Source: Bigelowiella natans CCMP2755 | Taxonomy: Eukaryota > Protista > Cercozoa | NCBI GenBank assembly: GCA_000320545.1 | Contig: ADNK01001509.1 | Span: 1 to 64,000, forward strand | Reading direction: 5' to 3' | Length of the DNA: 64,000 bases | Part shown: positions 13,067 to 24,314 of the stretch, piece by piece | Layout: every line of letters starts with the position of its first letter | How positions within the stretch are numbered: the stretch's first letter is position 1 | The notes under the pieces: generated by a model | Seen by the model: the letters and a program-made list of their open reading frames with translations, nothing else | Told to the model about the DNA's origin: nothing | The model's database searches: none | Translations under genes and position numbers: made by a program

Positions 13067-16000
13067 CATGTGCATGTGCGTGTGCGTGTGCGTGTGTGAG
13101 ATTGTGCGCACGCCCTACATCACAATGTTGTTTGCCTCTCGATCTCCAGGTCTGTGAATGCCACTAGCGGTCAACCAACAGCATATGTAGGCGTAGTTGG
13201 AAGGTGGAGCTCAGGACTCTATGGCTCTACCGCATGCGACTATCGCCTGGAATTTACCGGAATTGATCGCAGCTGGGGAACTAGCAGCAGAGAGCAGGGA
13301 GGAGGGGGGGGGGGAGGCGGAGGTAGTAGCGGCGGTGGTAAGTCGGGCCTTCAACGGCTAGTGTCGGAGTGCTCATTGTGCAGTCCATACAGTAGTGGTG
13401 GGGGCGTTTCATTGCAATCTCCCAACCCCTCTGCAAATCCCAAGGTCTACTTTGGCTTGCTCAGTGACGACAGAGACGTGGACATCCTGCTCAGCTGTGT
13501 GAAGCAGCAGATTCGCATCCTGAACCAGCTCAAACATCGTGGACGCGATCTCTCTAGCGTCTCGCGCATGAGTGATGAGCAGCTGCAGACCTACATCCGC
13601 GCTCGCGCCACTTCGGTGATGAGGCGTACGGATCATGCAGGAAGGGTACGGGCAGCGACGACGTGGTGGGCCAAAACCTGCGTGTGCGTGGCTTCTCAAA
13701 CCTGCGAGTTGCCGACGGTTCCATCATTCCCCATGGCCTTTGCGCCGGTAGCATGGCCACCGTTCTCATGATCGGTGAGAAGGCCGCGGACCTGATCCTT
13801 TCTAACCCTCAAAGTGAATACTATGCTGGCCGGCACGTCATCGATCGCATTGAGGAGGCCATGTTGACAGGGGGGGGCGTGCTGCTTGTCGTTTTTTCGA
13901 TCACCGTCACGCTTTTTATCTGCGTTTGCATACGCTATTGGCCTACGAGGGAAGAATATCTCACCACAAGGCGGAAGCAAAAGGAGGAGGAGAGAAAGGC
14001 GCTGGAGGACCAATGCTGCCGGGACACACGCATGAAACTGAAGGGCATCACAAAGGTGCAAATGTCGGAGGTCGAGCTAAAGAAACTCACCAAAAGAATA
14101 GAAGTTCAGAAGGAGCGGCGGGCATCTCAACGGAGGGCCTCATCTCAAAGAAGGGCATCTGGCGATAAGAGAAGATCACGTCTTCGTGCATCGATTAATA
14201 AGTCCCTCCACACTCCGAATCCAATGGGAAGAGGTTCCATTATTACTAAATGCAGATCAAACACCAGGCTATCTGTGAGGAAATCATCTCCCACTACCAA
14301 ATCCACCCCACAGGAGCCGTCTCCTTCGAAGTTATTAAGCAAATCTGCCAGTGCATTTCTGACCCCACCGCAGAGACTAAAAGAAGGTAAGGACTTGCAA
14401 AATCCGGTAAAAAATGTAGCATCTTCTCTATCGCCAGCAGTAGAGCGGAAGTCAACCATAAGTGAAAGGGTATCGGGTATTCCCGGAGCGATTTACTCTC
14501 CAAGAGACCAAGAAAAGTCGCTGGTAAAGAAAATGCTTGTACGTCCACTGGAGGACCGTGACAGCTCGGTTAACACAGCAGAAATCGCGATTGAGATGAA
14601 GAGAAGGCCAGCGGAAAGAGATAAAGATCTCGACAACAACAACGAAGTTAGAGCGCATGAATTCCCCCGAAAGGTGAGCGGTACGTCTCAATTCATGGCC
14701 GGACTGCACAAAACGGAAACAATGAAGATTCAACAAAACGCCCTCGAAATACACTTCGCGAATCTCACCTACACAGCGAAGCGGACGCCGCTGTTACCGT
14801 GCAGCCGAGCGGAAGAGTTTAAGATCCTGAAGAACTGCACAGGGCATGTTGCTAGCGGCGAGCTTCTACTCATCATGGGCTCCAGTGGGTCCGGAAAGAC
14901 GACTCTCCTCAAGACGCTATCCCAGCGCTTTGTCGATGCAACTGTCGAAGGAGCGCTCTTCTACCAAATTGACGACGACGTGGTCGGCGCCGCAAATCCT
15001 GGAGTAGGAGACTACATACGGCGAAATATCGCGTTCGTGAGGCAGGAGACCGAGTTGATAGCCGGGCTGACGGCGTATGAAACAATGGTGTACTACTACA
15101 CCCTCATGGTGGCGCCGCAGACGAAGACGGAGCGGGAGAACTTAGACATGATCATGGGAACTCTCAAGTTCATTGGCCTGAACAACCACGCTCACAAATT
15201 CGTTGACGAGATGTCTGGTGGGCAGCAGCGGCGGCTCCAGATCGGCACACGTCTGCTTGACACGCCCAACGCGTTGTTCCTTGACGAACCCACGGCCGGG
15301 TTAGACGGTACAACGTCATTAAAGATCATGTACGTGTTGCAAAGCATCACAGAAATCTACGATATCCCCGTAGTAGCCTCAATCCATAGGCCTCGCCAGG
15401 AGGTGGTTCGAATCTCAGATCAAGTGTACTTGATGAACAATGGGGTCGGGATCTACCAAGGCCCTCTCATGTCTCTGGAAACTCTGATCTTAACGCTTCC
15501 GAAACACCGAAATCGCGCGGAGTTTACGCCGGGTGCATGTGCGGTGAGCTATTGCTTCGACTACGAATACGATCAGGATGTTCGTAAAGCGCTCACGCAG
15601 TACCATCGAGAAAGGCAAAACGCGAAGACAGTCGAAAGGGTGCAGATCTTTGTTGATCTCATTGATCCGAAGGAACCCTTTTACACCGACAACGGGCTGC
15701 GCATTGGCAATTGGCTTCTCGCAACAACTAGTTTCTTCAGCGTCTTCATTAACATGGTCGGCGTTCCGAAGAGCTGGAAGTACATCCTGCAGGACTTTGC
15801 CGTCGTCCACACCGCAGGGCTAACTTTCATTGGCGTGTCTTTGGTCTTCATCGTCTTTGTGCCTGGCTTCATGCCCGTAGAAGATACCGAGGACTTTACC
15901 ACGTTGCTGGGGGTGTTTTTGGTGTGGGGATCAACACACTTGGCCGTGTTCCAAGTCTCCGTTGCGCAGGTGCAGGTCGAAACCGACTACAAAAACTTCA

Positions 16001-17094
16001 AATTCTTCCTTGCAGACATGCTGATCACACCGCTGCAGGTCTGCATCTTTTGGGTCACCACGACGTTCGTTGTCTCTGCCTTTGCGATGATGTCCTTCTA
16101 CTTTTTCTACTTTGGCAACGGGTTCGTAGCAGAGCATGCTCTCTCCAGTGGCCTGTGTTGGTTTCTCTACTTGATGCAGGCTTGCATGGCTGTGACACTG
16201 TTCCAGGTGACATTCGGCAATAAGATAGCTCCGGGTGTTTATGGACTTTGGTGTACCGTGCAGACCGTCTTTAACGGATGTGGCATTCCACTCACCGCCA
16301 TTCCCTATCACTGGCGGTGGTTGCGCTGGATTAACCCACTTTACTACGTCTTCAGCACCCAGCTCTCTCTCCAACTAGGAGTTGGCAACACTCTGACATG
16401 TGGTGAAGGCTGCAACCAAGTTCTCGATAATCTAGGGTACCAAGATGCGGACATATTCACCACGGTGCTGGTCTTATGCGCGTTCTTCATCGGACAAGTC
16501 ATGCTGTTGTACTTCTCAGTATCTAGGGCCGACGCAAGGATGCGCAATTCTGGCGTGATCCATCCAATGAAAAAGAAGGATAAATACGATCTCCGGATTG
16601 AAGCGGGGGAGCTCCTCGAGACGACGAAAACCGCTTATTTTGCCCGGGTGGACATAAGAAAAGCCATGGAGACAAAGCTTAACTCCTTCAAGACGCGCGA
16701 CGCCAAAAGCATGGAACTGGGTGTGGGTTCAGATGATCCGTTTGCGGCGGATTCGAGATCGTATAGCCGAGCCAGGGCACAAACCAACAGAACAAAAATC
16801 ATTACTGAGAGCTTTGGTAACTTTCAAAACAGAAGCAGATCTGGCCGCAAAGCTCTACATGAGGAACCGCCTCGACATGTGTCAAAGTCGTGTCTATCTG
16901 ATAAATCTGGCACCGCTTTCGGTGACGATTGCGGCCGCGCCAACAGCATTCCCATAGATAGGTCTGAATCAAGTGCCACACCGCCATTAAATGAAAGAGT
17001 CGATCCTTCTAAACAATCAAAATCCGGTCATGTGAGAACAACTGAACCGAGAATTGCCATTCGCAAAGTCAATACAGCTTCAAATAGAGTGTGA
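11721..17094 (+). CDS. GMC oxidoreductase - single TM - ABCG (NBD-TMD) half-transporter fusion, ~1686 aa, with one apparent 1-nt frameshift near 13616
   Basis: Exons 11721-12720, 12869-12983, 13150-17094. Signal peptide; FDYIIVGAGTAG (FAD binding); GATLGGTSSIN; GSPKVLMMSGIG; PG|VGKQL; GSCRKG..VVGQNLRVRGFSNLRVADGSIIP...MIGEKAADLIL. The same ORF continues into a TM helix, Walker A GSSGSGKT, Q-loop, MSGGQ signature, Walker B LFLDEPTAGLD, SIHRP and a TMD with PYHWRWLRWINPLYY. Confidence 0.9.
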
Positions 17095-17545
17095 TTTAAA
17101 ATTGAATTTATTATCAATGGAAGTGTAGAAGACTATTGACACAGTTTATGAGACGGGCGTAATGGACTATTTTTTTTTTTAATTGTCATCCTAATGCAGC
17201 TTTGCAAAGCTACGGCTATGACGACACAGTTGACATAATATGCCTAACATGTATCCTGTAAACGTTCAGTTGATATGATGTTCATATATGTGTCCTCTAA
17301 GCGTTACACAGACCTCACAGATGCATTCTAGATTTGTTAAAATTGACGCGAATCACTGACTTACATTCATGAATATATCAGAAAGTCTCAAATGATGATA
17401 ATGGTGTTAGCTGGTGGCGGAAAACTCCATGCAATTCGCACACTAGTAAAGATGTAAATGCAATTGTGTACTTAGGCCCCTATCGGAGCTCAGAGCTAGT
17501 TGGGCTCCATGAATGGCTACACATGAACACATAGTAGACTGCCCA

Positions 17546-17579
<34 letters not shown>

Positions 17580-18025
17580 TAGGACGAGTGCAGCGCGTTA
17601 AACATGCCAAAGGCAGCACAACTTTTGCTGACAACTTTGGTCACATCATGCAAACAATGGCAACGCACACGGGGTGATTATTGCATGCCGCGTGCATGGC
17701 GAATGAGTTTAACTTGTTGCGCCGTACAGCGTCTACTTGACGAATGTTGCGCACCTTTTGCTAGGCTCGCTAGCTTGCCATTCACACGCACAGCAGCCAA
17801 AATACAATTGCACCATTCAGTAGTGGACTGGGAGTATTAGCTCTTAATTTTCAATAATTGAAACATTGACAAAGGCTTTTAATACACTGTTTCGCATCTT
17901 TATCGATACAACCTGCAGTCTGCTCCGAGAGCATATCTTTATTGCCGCCTCGTATCTTTTCATTGTCATGCAAATTCCTTTTTCGAGCTTTGGAACCGAA
18001 AAAAAGGCGAAGATGCATAGCGAGA

Positions 18026-20298
18026 TCATGATCCATCAGCATGTCTTTGGAGCCTTTCGATTAGCGCGGCTTTGTTGCCAGAAACCTTTAAACCTTTCTC
18101 CTGGAGGATGCTTTTTAGTTCGGCAACCTTCATCCCGGAATAATCCTTGGTCGGATCTATTATTTTGCTATTGCCTTCCTCAGCTGTCGGATTTGCTGCG
18201 ACAGAGGTAGAGTCCCCATCTCCCTCTTCTTCAGTTATGGATTGTCGCGCTATTATTTTTTGTGAATGCCCAAGACTATCAACTGCATTCATGTTAAATG
18301 GGGCCTCCTCTACAAAGGAATCCCTGATATCCGAAAAGCTGTCTTCTCTACTGCCCATGCCAGGTGACGATGAAAGCGGTGATATTGTGATCGGAGGCTG
18401 GTATTCTTCTTCCATCAGGCCTTTCTCTATAGCTGCCAAGTCGATTCCGTGGCTTACACCGTCCTCAACACTATCAGCATATGTTGCGCAGTTTTAGTTG
18501 CCATACACATGAACAGACGGAAACATGCGAGAAAAACTGTTCTAAAGCCACTTCAACCGCAATACAAACACATGCGCGCCTAATGTGAAGGATCATCACA
18601 AACTTACGTATTATCGAGCAGCGAGTCATCCTCGAAAAAATCGAATTGACCCTAGGAGTAAGAAAATGCCGGGAAAAACATGTGAATTAGAGTATTTTGA
18701 AACAGGATTGCATGATATGCTGAGAAATCACCTCACTCCCCTCCCCCCCCCCCCCCCCCCCCCTCTCCACTTCAATACCAAAATATCGTCATCAGCAGTT
18801 TCTCCAACAAATAATGGGTCCTCTTCCAGATCATCTTCGTAGAAAAGGAGATGATTATAGTCATCAACCTTTGCCGGGGGGGTATGATCAGAGGGGGAGG
18901 CAGAGCTTGCTACAGCGGCATCTGCATCATCTTCTCTGCGAGAGAGGTGCCCTCCCATGAATAAAGTATCGACTTCATCATCTGCTGGGCCGGCAGTTAG
19001 ATCATCGGGCAAGAACAACTCGTGCTCGTTCAACACATCCTTGTCACCATCCTCCCTCTCCCTAATGTCCCGATCCTCTTGTAAAGACTTTGATGAGCCG
19101 GGACTCAGGCGCTGGTGACGACGATATTCTTCTCCCTCATCTTCTTCTTCTTCCTCTTCGTCTTCATCATCATCTCCTCCTCTAGAATGTTTTAGATCGT
19201 TCCATGCTGTAAGCTCTGAATCAGACATGTTGTCGATTGCAGCATCATGTTCAATAGGTTCTCTTAATCCTCTTCCTTCCTCCTTCTCCTCCCCCTCCTC
19301 CTCCCCAATTTCTCCAAAATCTAGTGTTAGCTGAGAAAAGTCTCGGAAAAGCCCCGCAACTCTCCCGCTCCCCTGATAAAATAAGACATCAAAGGAAGCA
19401 ACGAGGAGGAGGAAGAGGAAGAGGGGGAGGGAGCGGGAAAGTGGGTGTTAGGTGGATATATAGTAGTATAAGATAGAGAGCCTTCAGAAATAAAATATGC
19501 GGAGCACTGCAGCGCCGATGGTGACTTTCTGTTGTATCTTCTTGTTCTCCATCCCACCCCCCTCCTCCACACACACACACACATTACACAAAAACATACA
19601 TGCATATATATACGACTGACTGTTACCTCTTCTTCACGCACTGAACTTCCTTGGCCTTCTCCTTCAATATAGAAGTAACATCACCACACGAACAACCAAA
19701 CACAAATTCTAAGGTGTACCCGAAACGCGAGAGAGGGGGAGAGAGGGAAGAAGAATAATAGAGAAGGCCATAGATTATATCGGTGGAGGAAATAGAGAGA
19801 GAGGGATAGAGAGGAGGGGAGGGGGGGCTGTCTCCTTACTTTGCTCTTCATCACCAATTTCACTGCTATGAGCACTGTTTTCCTTGAGAGCTATGAGGAA
19901 AGCATATTCGTCGACGTGATCGTCAAACATATCGAATTTGTCCTGATAGGGATAATATCAACGCCGTCATCATCATCAACAACCGCAACAACGATGAAGA
20001 CGATGATGACGGTGGTGATCCCCGTCACAATTTGAACAATTGGGCAGAGACACGCACACGCTCAGGTATGTGTGAGTACATTCGCTCACATAGCTGTGGT
20101 TGGGTATGAGGGATAGAATGGCCGATGAAGTCTTTCTTCAGCAGCATGCGCTCTATCTCTACTACTGCTGCTGCTACTATTGCTACTACTACTGCTCGTA
20201 TTACTACAACTACTACAACAACTACAACTACTACTACTGCTTCTCCCTGGGCAGGGAGGGTAGATTCAATTCCTTACATATAAATTATATATGTATGC

Positions 20299-20343
<45 letters not shown>

Positions 20344-21953
20344 TATATGCATATATGCTATGATCCTCCCTCTTAAAACCCACTACACTAACAACTACAC
20401 CAACAACTCAACTGAAAATCGGATGCAAAGCTTTCGAAGTCCGCCGTACAAACTTCGCACATCGGAGAGCTGCAGCAGGCAGGCCACCAACAAACACATT
20501 TGCTTTGTAAGTAACGATAAACTAGAAGAGTGTGAGTAGCGGCTATAACTCTCCATCTCCCTTCTTACTCCTTACCATATTGTGGTGCTTTAGTATACGG
20601 CCCATATCTCGCGACGACATCTGTTGTGGAATAACTTAAAGTCGTGGACATCCTCGATAGATTTTGAAAATAAGCCCTTGTAAGCCTAACCCCCTCCCCA
20701 ATAGCCCCTTATTTTGAATGTACAACACTGTGGCGCTGTCCGCAATGCTACCAGTTTTGACGTAGGAAAACTACAAGCTTTACATTGGTATAAAGGAAGG
20801 TGGTACTCTTGGTTTGAGATTTCGTGATTGGTTCCCGCCCCCCTCCCCCATTCCCTTACATTTCATTGCGGGTATTATTATAGGTGGAGTACCTGCCCTG
20901 AGGACTTCTCGAGATAGTGAGTGATGGTCCCAGCGATCTCGAGCTCCCTCTCTTGATTCTCTATGTTGTTGATATTTTCCCCTATCGAAGTATGTTGTGT
21001 GTGTTACAAATGCTGCGAATCATCGGTCTGTGCTATGGTGAGACAGGACGAGAATTGCCCATCTTTCTCCCTGTAGCAGCGTAACGATTTATCTTACAAT
21101 ATACCGGGGAGGGAACATAGCCCAGGTGGGGTTCTGTGTTGTTTAATAAACTAGTAGTGCAGTTATTACTCGGTTCCATCAGGTCGGGGAGAATATCCTC
21201 GATCCAAATGTACAAAAAATCGGAAACCTGACTCTCCTGCAGCCTACAGATGGGAGGGGGGGGGGGGGGGGGGGAGGGGGGGGTCCGATTAACATTGTAA
21301 AGACAGCGATTAAATACAATGACAAAGAAGGGCGAGATAAGAGGTTACTTTCTCGAGCAGCTGTTCTTAACAGAGGCCATGCACACACGTTTTCCCTTCA
21401 AACGGGTGCGGCAAAGTGCAGGCGCGAAGTCCTCATCTCCCAGCACCGTGACTGCGATGTCAAATCCGTGCGGCTCTGTAGCATAGTGGAGCAACTCCAC
21501 CGCCAAGGCGATATCGACCTATTTCGTACGCGCGCGCGTGTGTGCTATGTGTGTACGTGGCAAGAAGGAGGACACTTCATATTAGTGATGGAGAGTCAGA
21601 AAGATAGGTTGTGTTTCTGAAAGGGATCAGTTGGAGAGAGTGTAGTATTGCTGCCTATTGAGGCGACTGTTGTGATATGAATAATACCCGTCTAATAGAG
21701 CAGCCAATCCAATGCAAGCATCATCGTAGAGGGGGGATGAGGAGCAAACACATAGTGAAAGAGAAGATAGCAGGAAAGAGTTGATGTTTATCCGAGACAA
21801 AAACAGGAAGACCGAGAAAAGAGAATCATGGAAAATTGTATATTCTATTTTTAGTCAAATTTCTACTGGTAAACTGCGGAATAGCACCCACACAAAGAGA
21901 GGAAAACAAAATCGACAGAGATGTGTCTTAGATGCGTCTTATATATATATATT

Positions 21954-22008
<55 letters not shown>

Positions 22009-23752
22009 ATGCATTTAATAGCGTGGCTTTGAATTTTTCAATTTACACATACTTCTCCTGAAGTTTTCGCGATTGAAACATCGTCATCTAAGAAAGAAGA
22101 GACTTTAGTTATCAACAAAATGCGTTTTATGTATCATGCGATGAGTGTTCCCCATCGTGCCCCCCTGGAAAAAAGGCTAGCCAGGGAACGGAAACGCTTA
22201 ACTAGATTTGAAACCTGAAAGTTTTGCGACTGAAGATCGTTGAAGAAACGTGTTCTTTGGGCATCGGTGTCGCTCAAGCTTCCAAACACGAAAACACGCT
22301 CTACGTCGACCTGCACCAACAATAGCAGCCGCGGGATTGCCACCATCGCAAGTGAGATACCGTAGAATATGCGAGTATTATTTCACAAAAGAGTAATAGG
22401 GAAGCAAAGCTTTGAAAATAATACATGAAAAGTACGATCTCATGATGGAATTTTTGACGCTGTAGAAACACTCTTAAAAAAAACATAGCGTTCTGTGTTG
22501 TGGCTATGTTCATCTATCACGAAGCACTCAAAATCATCGGACTACATATATGGGTGGATAATCACAGCAGTAAACGAAAGCAAAAAGCACCCTTTCCTAC
22601 CGATCTTGCACTTGAGGTAGCAATCCGGGCCTGAAGGCGCGTAGCAATGGCACGTGGCAGTAGAGACCAGTTGATGACGAAGTTGTTCTCCCAGTCTATA
22701 CCATATTGCTAAGGCAACAAAGGAGGAGAATTACAGTAAGACAAGACGATGAGGAGGAGGATAATCAATAGGTTCTTGGGTTTTTTTTTTTTTTATGTTA
22801 TTCATCAGGTCTTTGTCATATAATGTAGGCATCACAGGAATAAAAATTTCCGGCTTGCATCCCCGAACTCCGAAATGAATGTTATGTCGATCCCGATGAA
22901 AGAGTAATACAAACTACTAGCTAGCAGGTTTCTACCTCTGGAAGAAATCTCTTGATTAATGAGTAGTACAACCAGGTACCGTCGATGAAAACGAAGCAGC
23001 GAAGAGGCACCGATGACGTCCAGAGCTAAGAGATATGTGACGTACAATGTATCCCGGATGATGATGATAATGATGACTATGAAGGGTCCACAATCTATGA
23101 AAGTATAACTTATAGGTAGCTAATTTATGATTGCTTACAGCGTAGCAAAACTGTCAAAAAGTAGGACAGAACGGAGGAAATAAACACCCTTCCTGCAGTC
23201 CAACACCGCCCAAAATAAAAGATTCACATCTCTCGCCCCTCACCTGAGGCTCTAATACGTCGGTGTTATCATTTGGCTTTTGGGTCTTCCTCTGGGGATT
23301 TCTATCGCTTGAGTTATAAGAGCGTCTATCTGGGGCTCTGTTCCCTCCTCGCCTTGGCGACCAATACCTTCTCCCCGTATCAAAGCTGCTTCGGGCGGAA
23401 TTTGCTCGAAGAATTGGAGGGTGCCCGGGGGAGAGCCCCGATGATGAGAATGAAAGGTGGCGAGATAGCCCTCTTCTCGCGATTGGATAACACTTGTCTT
23501 GAATAAGTGTAGGGCAAAGCGAGGAGGCGAGGCTTCTCTCGGCAGTTCTGCCGGAGAGTGAGAAATCATGTAGCCGTTGCCTTGTCTGACTCTGTTCGTT
23601 TTCCCACCAGTGGTATAACAACACTGGGAAAGCTGGAATAAGAGACAAATGTACGCAAAAAGTTCAGTGAAAGCTGAAAGATCAATGCAAGTGATCGCGA
23701 GTAACCTGCAACTAGCAACAGAATAGAGCACATTCTTCTCTCTCGACGCCAT
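18026..23752 (-). CDS. NYN (LabA/DUF88, PIN-like) domain protein with acidic linker and C-terminal SAP domain
   Basis: Exons LRCFVFIDGTWLYYS (~22950-23000), VDVERVFVFGS, QEK.|VDIALAVELLHYATEPHGFDIAVTVLGDEDFAPALCRTRLKGKRV (~21390-21520); last exon DYSGMKVAELKSILQEKGLKVSGNKAALIERL (SAP). Continuity of the middle exons was only partly traced; ATG 23752 is tentative. Confidence 0.75.
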
Positions 23753-24314
23753 GATGATGGCAGCCCCAGCTGCGCACCACAAATCATCGCAACAGCGGCC
23801 TATATGCACCGCTGCACGATGCAGGGAGGCGAGGGGGGGTGCAGCTCAGAGTTGCCCAGCCGAAGGGATAAAGCAAAAGAGGGGTACTTGAAGGGGAGGG
23901 CAAACTAGAACATCAGTGAATCATTCTCTGCGACAAGATGATTTCGATGTCGCAGCTTTTGAATCTTCGGCATTCTTATCTGTTCTCTACCGGAGAGCTC
24001 TCAGCCTAAAATGACCCAAGTTTCTTGCCCAGCAAAGCTATACGTGTAAGCTACGCTCGTAGCGCGATGGACGCTCCAGCTGTCGCCGAGCTTCGCAAGT
24101 CTGTTACGATAGGAATCCGGAATGTGTTTTCCCACTGCGACAACTCCTGATTGATCGACTTAGACTTCGAAGAAACATAGGGGAACTAGAGATCTGCGAC
24201 ATCATTTGTGCTCGTAGAACGCTAGAAACGCATGAGACCTACTTTCTCTAGTAACTGCCCACGTCCACGTTCCGAGCCGTCTAGCCGTCTGAGGCGGCGA
24301 AGAACTTCGTGGGA

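Noticed and set aside
13616-13623. GTGATGAG would restore the GMC frame if spliced as an 8-nt GT-AG intron
   Set aside because: Far shorter than any known spliceosomal intron (~15 nt minimum), and it would shorten a conserved-length motif; a 1-nt loss fits the alignment better.
13663-17094. Stand-alone ABCG gene as given in the ORF track
   Set aside because: The ORF starts at GTG in the middle of the GMC C-terminal domain, so it is the continuation of the 11721 gene.
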